Shown here: positions 44,529-55,200 of the stretch, one piece after another | Position numbering within the stretch: the stretch's first letter is position 1 | Layout of the letters: each line of letters begins with the position of its first letter | Origin: Macrostomum hystrix | Taxonomy: Eukaryota > Animalia > Platyhelminthes | Direction: 5' to 3' | Assembly: GCA_950097015.1 (NCBI GenBank) | Contig: CATNEN010000001.1 | Coordinates: 13,578,001 to 13,642,000, forward strand | DNA length: 64,000 nucleotides | Notes under the pieces: model-generated | Told to the model about the DNA's origin: nothing | The model's database searches: none | The model's input: only the letters and a program-made list of their open reading frames with translations | Program-made: the position numbers and the translations under genes

Positions 44529-46260
44529 GCCTGACTGACTACCCGGTTGCTCCACTGCTAGGAAGCATCAGTGTTAAGGCCGGTAAAACCCATCTGAGAC
44601 TTTGCGCTCCCTGTCTTGGTCATTTTAGCAATTGTGTGCCACGCTACCAGGTACAACACAAGTCTCCTAAATTCTCAACCAGGGCTTCCCGCCTTCAACT
44701 ATTACCTTGTTAACTTTTTCGAAGATGGAAACGACTCCATCGGGAATCACTCTGACGATAAACCTGAGCTAGGTCCTAATTCAACCATCGCGTCAATCTC
44801 CATCGGGGCTCCTCGTGAGTTCTGCATCCGCTCTAAAGCCACTGGCCTCTCACTGCTCACACAAGTTCTAGCACATTGCCTGCTTTTTGTAATGAAGGGC
44901 AACACCCAAACTCACACACAGCACTCACGTCCTCGAGATCCATCCATCAAGAAACTTCGCATCAATCTCACCTTCCGAGTCACATCACCAGCCATTCACG
45001 ACATCACCATTCTCCAAGGTCAAGGTATTAGTGACACTGTGTCAGCTCCTCCAGTCCATCCAAATGATGAAAATGACTCAGCGAGCTTCGCAGATGCGGC
45101 TGCACCTGCAGTACCTCGGACGGTGGTTCATTCCACTCTGCCGCCAACTCTAGGCGTTCCTCGCCTCGTAGCCAGCCGCAAAACCCGTCCAAAGTCGCCC
45201 CGGTGCTCTTCACCTTCATCGACTCACTGCCAGATGAGCTTCGCTTCCAGCGCTTCCTGAAAAACAATTTCCAGTCCATCAGAATTAGATCTATTCAGCG
45301 ATGCTACCTAACCATCGGCTACAAGGTATTTGCTGTCGACCATAGAGGGGCGCATCACCTACTGCAAGATGAAGTCAAGACAAACATGATCGACGTCAAG
45401 GTGTTGAGCGTCGCATGCCCTTGCATCGGCCAGATGTTCCGCCTAACGCCAAGCCAAGACTCCCGACCAGCATCACGACCCCGCGTAGTCGCTCATTCAT
45501 AATCAAAAACGTAAGCCGTGACATCGACCTAAAGGAATTCTTGATCAGAATAAAGGAGAACGAACCCAGGATCTCTGGCATAGTTTGCATTAAGTCCGCA
45601 GTGACTAATGACCCGACGAACTTACTTCGAGCCTTCACACTTAACGACGGAATCCTTGCCTGACCAACGGCCTAAATGTAGGCTATTTTCATTACAAGTG
45701 TGAAAAGTGGAGAGCGCCTCCGCCGCTCCGAGCCACTCAATGCCACAACTGCCAAACATTCGGCCACCTGTCAAGAAAATGCACGAGCCAGACCCGGTGC
45801 CGCAAGTGTGGTTTCGCTCACGAACTAGTGCAAGGTTGCCCAGACGATGTGGGCTGCGCGAACTGCCGCGGCCCGCACAAATTGACCGACAAATTGCGCC
45901 CGGCTTATATAGCCGCGAACCTAGCTGGGTTCAGAGGAAGCGACCAGAGATGACTCGCCAACAGCCATTGGCTCCGACAAACTTGCTTCAGGCATCAGTA
46001 GGATCCTTGCTTTTAGGTATTGGCCAATCAAACTTAGGTATTCGGCCGAAGCCTTCTTGCATTAACCAACCGCAGCGCTCCTACGCCGACGTAGCATCTG
46101 ACAGCCAATTATAAGCAGGGACAAAACCCACCCGCCAGTCCTACAACGGCCCGAAAGTCAGCTGTGGAGAGCTGCTTCAAGAAGTCGCCTGCATACTGGC
46201 CCACGTCGCCTACGCCAGTCCCGGCCAGCGTGATCAGCCTTGTCAAGACTGATCTCGCAG
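44529..46260 (+). mobile_element. Decayed non-LTR retrotransposon ORF1 region: AlkB-like 2OG-Fe(II) domain followed by gag-like ORF1 with three CCHC-type knuckles
   Basis: 44694-44978 FNYYLVNFFEDGNDSIGNHSDD...IASISIGAPREF...MKGNTQTHTQHS...RINLTFR. ~45490 SFIIKNVSRDIDLKEF. 45660-45890 LTNGLNVGYFHYKCEKW..TQCHNCQTFGHLSRKC..RCRKCGFAH...C..CANCRGPH. Three frameshifts. Confidence 0.8.
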
Positions 46261-46299
46261 TTCGCAATGTTTCGCAAGCTAGCTTATGGTTTCCAGTCA

Positions 46300-46612
46300 A
46301 ATAATTGATTTAATAATAATAATTGATTACACCTGCCCCAATTGGGTCAGATGTGCAGCCGACAGCACAGCCGCAGCTAATGCGCGGCGCATCTGAAGGC
46401 TGCGTACAGCTGTTCAGTCCACGGACTGGGGGGGACGCCACACCCACCTTTAATTATCCCAGCTGATGCTGGTACCCATTTAACAGCTGGGTGAACTGAA
46501 GCAATGCAGAGTTAAGTGTCTTGCTAAAGGACGCAAATTGTTCCAGTGGAGTCGGGAATCGAACCCCCGACCTTCAAGTCGTGAGTCCGACGCCCTAACC
46601 TCTAGGCTGCAA
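46300..46612 (-). mobile_element. tRNA-derived SINE, near full length
   Basis: Minus strand: GCAGCCTAGAGGTTAGGGCG (A box), GGTTCGATTCC (B box), CCTTTAGCAAGACACTT, CACCCAGCTGTTAAATGGGTACC, (ATT) tail. Confidence 0.8.
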
Positions 46613-46715
46613 CCGTAAAGACGGTCTCTTACTGCGAAGACCCAGTCAAAACAAGCTAAGGGTATGGTACGTCTCAACTCCGGGTTGTATATTTAGTGTA
46701 AATATTTTTCGGCTG
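46611..46715 (+). ncRNA. Spliced-leader (SL) RNA-like sequence (variant gene or pseudogene)
   Basis: 46613-46641 CCGTAAAGACGGTCTCTTACTGCGAAGAC matches my recollection of the 5' part of the Macrostomum SL. It starts AACCG like trematode SLs and has ATG|GT at 46664-46668. The 3' boundary is a guess. Confidence 0.5.
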
Positions 46716-47039
46716 AATAATATTGCTTAAAGGAGTAATAAATGTGACTTTGCTTGCTTGAGTTCTGTGTCCTTTGTCTCCAATGGGTATCGAACTGAGA
46801 AACGAATTTTTTCTGTGGTTTCTAATTGCTTTTGCAGGACTAATGCCTCTGCAGTTCAGCATTACATCATTGCTGATCTTTGCTTTGATTCCAACTGTAT
46901 GTTGGGTCCGCTAATAACTTGAAAATTATGGAGTCCGGGCGGTATGTTATGGAGGCCCAGTATGAAATGCTTCTTTTCTGGATAATAATAAAGGCAATCT
47001 GCCTAACTCCGAGCGGGCCCAGTTGCCATCTGTATTTTG

Positions 47040-47400
47040 GCTGACTTGTAGTATGGCTTTACAGCACCTGATGTTTACCCTTTCAAAAGACAGCGGTCCC
47101 AAGGAGGTTCCACGAGACAGGCTTGCCCCAGGCCTCGGAGGCGTACATAGCTATGCTTTCTATCATTCCTGCGCAATACAGCATGAGCTGATTGTATCTG
47201 ACCGCCCCATGGCTAGCTAATTTCCTTAAGAGAAGAACATCCACATTTTTGTTAACCTCTGTGACATGGGAATCCACGGTTCCTTTAGCATTGTTGTGAA
47301 AGCCTAGATATTTCCATTCTTTGACGCTATCTAACAGGTGTCCCTGCATATAAATTTCATATTTTGTTTTATTCCTGGCGCCCCTTGTGTTTTTACTGCT
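47040..47400 (-). mobile_element. Non-LTR retrotransposon RT C-terminal (thumb) fragment
   Basis: LDSVKEWKYLGF..., followed by LY...IESIAMYASEAWG, typical of LINE ORF2 after RT subdomain 7. Stops follow. Confidence 0.65.
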
Positions 47401-47606
47401 CTTATTTTTAATACCTTTGCTTTTGCTTTTCCCTTCCCAGCTCGATAGTTGAATCCTACAAAACTTCGCTTTTTATGTTATGTTTCTCGTTGTCCATTAA
47501 AATATTTGTTGTCAAAAAATATAAAAGAAAAAAAAATCAGCACCCATAGATGGCGTGCGCGTTTTAATTGTCATGAATATGAGGCGCAGTCAATTGGCTT
47601 AGCTTT

Positions 47607-47867
47607 TGTTATAATGTGAAGGCGCACTTGACCTGAATAGGCGAGGCTATATGCCAGCTTGTATTATTCAGCTTCAAGCAAATCGAACGCTAATAGAACG
47701 ACAGGCGCGGGTTATAGACTTAAAGGGATACGCCAGGTTGGGGCATAGACAATAAACGAAGCAGCAACGCTTTTTCTAGTAATAACGAAACTAAATGACA
47801 CGCGATGAACAGATAACGACTGCATTGCAATAATGATTTATATGATACCAACTGGCACAGCATAACA
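47607..47867 (-). mobile_element. Probable 3' LTR of the integrase-bearing Ty3/Gypsy element
   Basis: TGTTAT...ATAACA terminal inverted repeat, preceded on the minus strand by purine-rich GAACGGGGACA, downstream of the integrase tail. No partner LTR found. Confidence 0.4.
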
Positions 47868-48009
47868 TGTCCCCGTTCTGATAAGAAAGGTGTGTTCTCG
47901 AGAAGAAACCAACGAGTGAGAATACATAGTAGTTATAGAATGCGAATAAACAAAACCATATAGTGCGTTGTCAGTTAGGACTTCAATTCAATTGAGATGG
48001 GACAGTAAT

Positions 48010-49920
48010 TTATAGATCATGGCTCAAAACGATCAGGTGCGCGCCGAGCACGCGCGCTCCTGCGCGGTGCAAATCCAGCTTCCTGTTGGTCATTCGTAGG
48101 CTGCTCCTCCTGGTCCCTGACCTCAGAAGCGGCTTCCTCCTCCTCCTCTCCAGTCCCAGGTATCGGGGCGATTTGGTTGTTGCTCGCCAGTCGCAATTGG
48201 TCCCCAGCCAACAGCCTCGCGACATCAGGAACTGGGCTTGGGAGGAAGGAGCATCAGCATTGGCCTTGTAAACCACCCTGGCACCCTGTTGAAACGTAGT
48301 GTTGTGATTTAATAGTTTCTATGCACTGTATTTTTCGGTGCACTTTCACTGTCGCGTTGCACTTTGAGTCGCCCTCCCCTGCCCCTTTCTTGCTCTGCGC
48401 CTGCCTGCCTATCAATTTCTCTCACCCCTGGCGTCTGATTGGTTGAGCTAAGACGTTTGCGTACCCCCGGTTATTGTCATCTTCCGTTCCTGCCCTCTCA
48501 TTGGTTCGCGGCTCGCCCAGTTGTCTTATTGACCCTGCGTGATTGGCGAGGCTGCGACTGGTTCTCTCTCTGACTGTCTCTTACTTTCTCTCTCTCTCTA
48601 CCCTGCAGCTTAGCCGTGATCGGGTATTACCCTGCTCACCCTGGGTAAGCAGGTCTTATTTATTGGCGTGCGCGCGCTCGTCCCCCTCTACGTGACTGTT
48701 TTGTTTTGTTGAGCACCCCAACCACCGCCTACCAGAAAAAATACATCAACTCAGCCAGCTCGCCCGAGCGCAAACCCGCACTGCTAGCCTCCGTAAGTGT
48801 CGTTCTGCCTCTGTCTTTTCGGGTTCAGTCACTAGGACTTTGTCGCCAGGGCCTGTGCATTCGTTGCGACCTTGGTTGCCGGCTTACTGCCTGTGCGTCT
48901 AGTGCGACAGTAGGCCGACACATAGTAGGACGGAAGTGCTGAACCTCCCTGCTCGTCCTGAGCGAGAGGCGAAGCCGGCTGGCCCGTCTCGGGACACAAC
49001 AGTAGAGACGACTGGAACTCGAAGAAGTCGTCCAAGTAGCAATTCAGCCGGTCTCTTACCGCGCCACAGAGAGGAATTGCGGTGGTGCAGAAGCACTTTC
49101 TGCAAGTAGGACAGGAAGTCACAGTGTGTTAGTCGCTGAGTCCAGGCCTTAAGGGCTCTTTTAACTGTCTGCACGGCGCGCTCCGCGGCACCGTTAGATT
49201 GTGGTGAATAGGGGGTTGATTCTAATTTGCGCGCTCCGTTTGCCTGCAGCCAGTCCAACAAAACGTCTGATGTAAATTCGGCCCCGTTATCGGAAGCTAC
49301 GACCTCTGGAACACCAAACCGGCAAAAAACAGTTCGGAGGCACTTCAGGACGCTTCCGGCAGATCTATCCTTTGATGGAAAGGCCTCAATCCATCCGGAA
49401 AAGGCATAGACAACTATCAGAATGTTCCCAACTCCAGGCACAAAGGCCCAATCCATGTGGATTCTCTGGAATAGGGCCGATGCCGGGGGCCAAATGTCAC
49501 GTGACTTCATTAGACGTGGCCTCAATTTAGCGCATGTATAGCACTGGCGCACAAACTCATCCGTGTCGTGATGCATTCCAGGCCACCAGCAGGTCAGAGA
49601 CAGCAGATTGTATGTCGCAGAAACTCCTGAATGAGTATCGTGAACCGCTTTGAATGCTTCGAGGCGCAGTCGAGGCAGGATGAAGATACGCCTTCCCATG
49701 TACAACAGACCATTCTCAATCGTTAGGCGCTCAGCTATTTTCTTGAACGGCATCTCCGCTTCTGAGCAATCTTTCCAGTTTCCTGAACGGATTCTCTTCA
49801 TCACCCGCTGAGTTACTGAGTCGGCAGCGAGTTCGATAGCAATTCGCTGTGGATCTACTTTAGGGGACTCCAGTGGTCTTACCACTTTAGCGGCAATCGT
49901 TTTCAGTGCTACGCTGGTGA
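48010..49920 (-). pseudogene. Ty3/Gypsy integrase (HHCC zinc finger plus DDE core), interrupted by a solo LTR
   Basis: HDTH...WWPGM...CYTC, RIHMDW, GVPEVVASDNGAEFTS, PYSPQSNGAAERAVQTVK. Removing 48300-49005 restores RVPVVST|FQQGARVVYK in frame. Confidence 0.9.
48300..49001. mobile_element. Solo LTR (702 bp)
   Basis: TGTTGTG...CACAACA termini, flanked by a 4-bp TSD GTAG (48296-48299 and 49002-49005). Confidence 0.88.
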
Positions 49921-50195
49921 AGACATACGTTTCTCGGTAACAGATCTTGAGTGTTGATCGGTGAGTGACCTGGTTTGGTCTAAAGATTGTCAGGTTGATC
50001 GGCTGTCGGTGCTGCTGTATGCTGCTAGGCATCTTGCACTCGATATCCGGTGGCAGCTTGAAGATCTGTGGCCTGGAGGGCTCCGGGCAGTACATCGGTG
50101 TGTCCACCCAGTTCTGGTGTCCTTGGTTTATCGTCTCCGCCGTGGTGCAGAACAATGCGAAGAGTAGTATTTTCAGCAGAAGTGCGCATGTCGGT
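49920..50195 (-). pseudogene. Envelope/glycoprotein-like N-terminal fragment with a signal-peptide-like hydrophobic stretch
   Basis: CALLLKILLFALFCTTAET followed by PMYC...FKLPPDIEC...LTIFRPN...LKIC. Cysteine spacing resembles retroelement-borne glycoproteins (from memory). Confidence 0.5.
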
Positions 50196-50277
50196 CCTGC
50201 CGGGGCCTTCCAGCCTTCGCTAGCCTGTTTAGCCCTCTGCTCTCGCTTTCGTCCTTCGAGCTGCGGGGCGGTCTGAA

Positions 50278-51756
50278 CTAGGGCGACTGTCGCCGTCTTG
50301 TTCTTCCTGTTTTTTCGTCTTGCCTGTGTGACGTCGCTTCTCGCCCGTGTCGGCGTTGTCGCTTCCGACGTGCTGATTGCCATGATGTGCGCTGACTGGC
50401 TGGGCTCAATCGCCAATTGGGCTGGCTGCGGACTGGGGTCCTGGGCTGTGACCTCGGCGATCCGCTTTGGCTGCTGCCATTGCTGCTTATGCCATCCTTG
50501 ATCACCCTGGCGTGGTCGGTTGCATTCCGATGTCCAATGGTTATGTTGCAGTTCTTGCAGTATCGCTGGCCTCTGCACTCCTTTGCGAAGTGGCCTCTCT
50601 TCCCGCATTTGTTGCACTTAGTGTTACCTCGATCTTGCCTGCCCTGTGACTGCAATTGGCCCCCGGTATTCTTACCGATGTTCCTGTTCCTTTGGTAGCA
50701 CCTGTTGGCTGTGTGGCCTATCTTGTCACAGAGCTGGCATGTCGGCCTCGGGTTGCCGTCTGGGTACCTGGTTACGGCTTCATTCTGTGGCTGTTGGCCT
50801 CGATTTTGGGTGCGCCGGTCCGCTTGCCTGATTGTAGTCTCCATTTGTGCTACCATGGCTGTCAGCTTGCGTACATCGTTGGAGTCCTGTTCCAGCTCTC
50901 GCAGTGCTTGCCATTGAAGTGCTTCACGCACCATCTCCGGGACCGTCTGGTAACGTCCTCTGGCTAGATATAGTCGCAATGCCGGTGTGGCACTCTGTTG
51001 CACGTGCAGCATAATGTGGTCCTGGACGATGCGTTTGTTGCGGTTGATTCTTGCGCCTCTGTCGTTCTCATTCTCACCCTCCGGCGCTGGTTCTTGGAAC
51101 ACTGAGTTCTCTACTAGTTGTGTGATGTCGGCGATGAATTTGTTGACATCCTCTCCTGGATGCATCCTCCTCATGGAGAGTTGGAGTACGGCCGTGGGTC
51201 GCTCCATCGCTCTGGTGTCATACAGCTCTCGGAGTTGCGTTCTCACCTGTCTGTAGTCTTTTCGGGCAGCTTGTGGGAGTCCCGCGTATTGATTACGGGC
51301 GTTAGGGCGCAGCATGAGTGGTAGTAGCCGGCACTTCTCTTTATCGGTTAGGCCATATGTCGCTGTCTGGAGTTCGAATTCGGTCAGCCATTTGACAAGT
51401 GGCTGTCCCATTTCGTAGTCTCCTGCCGATAACTTGAGGGCCTGGACAATGGCTGGTAGGTCCCTGCCGTGTCCCATGGCGAGACGCTGCTGTAGTTCGC
51501 GGACTTGATTCTGGAGATCTTCCATTGCGTTGTCCTCGTTGTCCGAGTCTGATGAATGCTCGTTGTTGTCTTCCCACTCGTCGTTGTGGTCTAACTGGTC
51601 TTCTAGCTGATCTAACTGGTCTTGTGGCAGTTGTTGCTGATCGGCGTCTCCGGGTTCTGGCGTTCTGTTAATACCAGTTTGAATGTCTTGGTTTAGAGCT
51701 CCGTTATTCATATACTGATATGCCGGTCTATGGATTCTTTGCGGAGTGGGCCGCAA
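50278..51756 (-). mobile_element. LTR-retrotransposon gag
   Basis: Capsid-like WLTEFE...EKCRLLPLML...A...Y, QLSMRRMHPGEDVNKFIADI. Knuckles CQLCDKIGHTANRC and CNKCGKRGHFAKEC, plus a frameshifted third knuckle. Confidence 0.88.
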
Positions 51757-53294
51757 ATAATATGAATATGGGTGATGCGTGTTTAATCAACTTAACGTCA
51801 GCAATGTGTTCCGTCGGTGTGTGCTCTGATCTATCTAAGATCTCACAAAATTTTAAGTGAAATTCAAATATGAGAAAAGGGGCAGAGGTATCGGATACGT
51901 TTCCGGCCAGGTGGTGCTGTCAATATGTAAATTTTCTTGCATTATGCGAATAAATGAGTGCATTTTTTATCTCGCTCGTCTTATATACGATACGCGTATA
52001 CTCGATATACGATACGCGTATATACGATCTCTCGTATACGCGAGACTAAGTAACGTGGTTGCAGCATTTTATACACATGCACTTTTAGCGACCAAGATGT
52101 CTTTTATCATCCCCCTTTTGAAGAAATCCTTGACTGGTCAAGGGAGATGCAACTATTGTCTTACTCAAGTTGCTAATCTGTCTACTGCTAGTAGGTCTGT
52201 GAACATATAAGACGGTGAAATCTGAGACTCGACATTTTATTGAATCCCTACTGTAAATAGTAAATATTAAGTTCTATTTAATAGTAAGTAAGTGATAATT
52301 TGTTAGAATGCGCCATCCTCCGGCGGCTCTTGATATTTTTCGCGGTAGTACCGCCGCATTACTGCCGGAGTTGGCCACTCCCGGGGATGTCGGCTCGGGC
52401 CGGTAGTCGCCCACCGTTTTCCAGACGCCTTTTATTGTTATTGTGGCATACATGTCCTCCAGGTACGGATCCTGGAGGTCGGCCGTAGACGTAGACGTAG
52501 ATCGGCCTTCACCACCGGCCGCCCCCGGATGTTGACGTCCACGAATCTCTGTCCGGGGCGGCGGTCGTAATCCGGGTTGGCCATCGTGCTGGAAGGGTGT
52601 CCAAGATATGTGGCTTTCCTATGCGCTTTTCTTCATCCCTCAGGTTATTCTCCTGGTCTTCCTCTTAAGTTCTCTGTGGGATACTTGGTGCTACTGCCTA
52701 TCTACTATTGTTGACGACTAAAATTCGATTGAAATTTAGTTTAACTGAAATAATTTGAGGCTTTTGATGTGCTGTAGACTGCTGAGCAGCCTCCAGGCAA
52801 TCTGTCAGTCAGGCTGTTCTAGGTCTGTGGGAGGGCTAGGGTTGGTAGTTAGTGTTTCTCGTGCACTGTCACCTCCGCTCGCCACCCCCTCCGCTCTCTC
52901 TCTCTCTTTCCAGCTCTGTCTGCGCACTGAATCACATTGCACACCATGGTGCAATCGCTTAAGTTCGGAAGAAGACTGGCAGAACAACGCTCAAATGCTC
53001 CTACTATAAGTAGAGCACAGTCCGACGAATCCTTGAGATGGTGTTAGTGTCATGGTAGCACTATTTCTTTATATTGACGGCACTTTCTTGTCTCTTGTCT
53101 TCCTGCGTTTGCGATTGCGTTTGCGTCCTTTGCAATCTTTGCATCGTGTGCATCCTTTCTGCTAACATTATTGTGAAGCGACGCCGTGTGTTGCATTTAC
53201 AAGCATAGCACATCGCCAGACTTCAGAGCAGAAAAGCAAAGCAGTGGGAATTATTGCTTGAGTCTAAATAACGTCCGAGAAAACTTAGCAATCA

Positions 53295-54900
53295 AAGCCT
53301 GACTACCGGGTTGTTCCACTGCGAAGAAGCATCAGAGTGTGAGGCCGGATATTCTCTCTCTCTCGGAATCTAGTTCCTGTCTTGGTTATTTTACCAATTG
53401 TGTGTGCCACGCTACCACAGGTACAACACTTTCAAGTAAACCAAAGCCAAAATACGTTGTATTGCTTACGAATAGAAATTCCTTGAGGTCCCAGTTAAAT
53501 AATAACAGTTCTGGGATTCTCAGGATAATAACATGATTTAGGTTATCTTATAGCGTTGGTTATAACATTGTGTGTTCTGATTTGGCTGTGTCTATTTGAT
53601 TTGTGTCAGTCTTGATTCTTGACTATGGTGTGTTTGTTATCCGCTATCGCTAATGTCCTTTTTCTCGTGAGGCTACAGTTGGACTAGTCCACTCTCGGCA
53701 TGTAACGGCTCGGCCTTGTGCTATTTTTCTCGGAGTGACGATACTGATGGCTTCACTGTCCTTCTCTCGCTATGTACATTAGGGTCCGCTCCCCGCGGCG
53801 GATGGAGTGGCTGTGATTCCGCTTTCGAGCCCTCTTTCCTTCTGTGGCTGGGCTATATTTATTGCTCAATAGGGTTCCCTGTCCTTTCTATAGTGACTAT
53901 CTTCGTTTTTTGGTCTTATCTAACTCCGCTCCACTATGTCACGCTACGAGGCGCGGGTCAGTCGCCTGGAGTCGCGCCTAACCGTGGAGGCATCACGAAC
54001 GGCCTCTCTTGAGAGCGGACAGTTGGCGCTTCGCGGACTGTCTGGTGGCTTGGGGGCCGGGGGCCTGGTCCTGGTGGTTCTGGTCGCTATTGTACTTGTG
54101 ATCTCGGGGTCTCGTGATCTCGGGGCGGATTTTGTCTAATCATTCTCCTTTCAGTTGCTCGCCCTCTCTGCTGTTGCTATTTTTAGTTTCCTACTAACGC
54201 TCACTTAAATTCCCTTCAGATTTCTAAGTCTTATAAACGCAACCGACCCCAGCTGGCACGTCCAACGCCATTGGCCAACCAATCCTTGTTTCAGGCATCT
54301 GTAGATCCCTTGCCTTCAGGTACTGGCCAACAATCCTTAGGCATTCGGCCGGATCAGCCTTGCCTTAGCCAACCACCGCGCACCTACGACAGTCGACTGG
54401 AGGCCGCGACCAAGCTCACCCGCCAATCGTACAGCGGACCGAATGTCAATAGCGGGGAGCTCCTCCAGGCGGTCGCCTGCATGCTCGTCCACTTCGCCTA
54501 CGCCAGTCCTGGGCAGCGAAGTGTCACTAGCCTGGTCGAGACTGCGGCCAAGCTGTTGGAGGCGATCACGGGCTGGGCATCGCCGGAGCTGACCACGGCT
54601 GTAATCGCGGAACGGTGTGAGAGACTAAAAGATAATTTATTAAACAATTAAATTCTTTAGACAGTATACCTTAGCAAAGCCAGAAGTGAAACTTAAAATT
54701 CCCTCCTACTCCTACAACACACTAGAAAGGCGAGAGTAAAAACAATAACAATTTCAAATTAGAAGAACTTACCATTCTCCACTTAAACTGCAATAATATC
54801 CTTAACAAAATCTGGGAACTCAAGGACTTCCTGAGAAGTCAATCCATAGATATGGCACTCTTCTCGGAGACGGTCCTCACTAAGTTCGAACATTATCTTC
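53295..54900 (+). mobile_element. Second, internally rearranged copy of the 44.5-46.3 kb LINE: 5' segment (53295-53430), ORF1 C-terminus (54240-54651), ORF2 APE N-terminus (~54764-54900)
   Basis: 53295-53430 resembles 44529-44660, and 54260-54540 resembles 45955-46250. Hand translation ELTILHLNCNNILNKIWELKDFLRSQSIDMALFSETVL shows the AP-endonuclease N-terminal N..N and SET motifs. Confidence 0.75.
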
Positions 54901-55200
54901 TTAATCCGCTGGAGGGATTTGGCCTTGCGCCGGAGGGTTCCAAGCGCTGGGTTCCACCAGGGAGCGGATTTTTTTGCCTTTGTAGGCTTTAAGGGGGCAA
55001 GAGGTTTCATGAGCTGTCAAGATGGTCATGCTGAGTAGATCAGCCAGATCGTCCACTTCTTGACAGGTGGCAGGAACAACGGATTCTAACTGGTTGGTCT
55101 GGCGCTTCACGGATTCCGCAAAGGCCGTCCAGTCAGTATTCCGGTCACGCATACTGACTGGATCAGTATGCGTGATTCTGATCACGCACAGGTGCACGAA
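54901..55200 (-). mobile_element. LINE ORF2 APE-RT linker fragment, inverted relative to the adjacent copy
   Basis: RNTDWTAF...VDDLADLL...AHETSCPL..., then (frameshift) KSAPWWNPALGTLRRK. Confidence 0.7.

Noticed and set aside
47843-47850. TGATACCA as an initiator-Met primer-binding site on the minus strand
   Set aside because: Only 8 nt match and it lies inside the putative LTR rather than just after one.
52300-52620. GC-rich, coding-looking stretch upstream of gag
   Set aside because: No frame gave a recognisable domain or a supported exon structure, so it is left unannotated.
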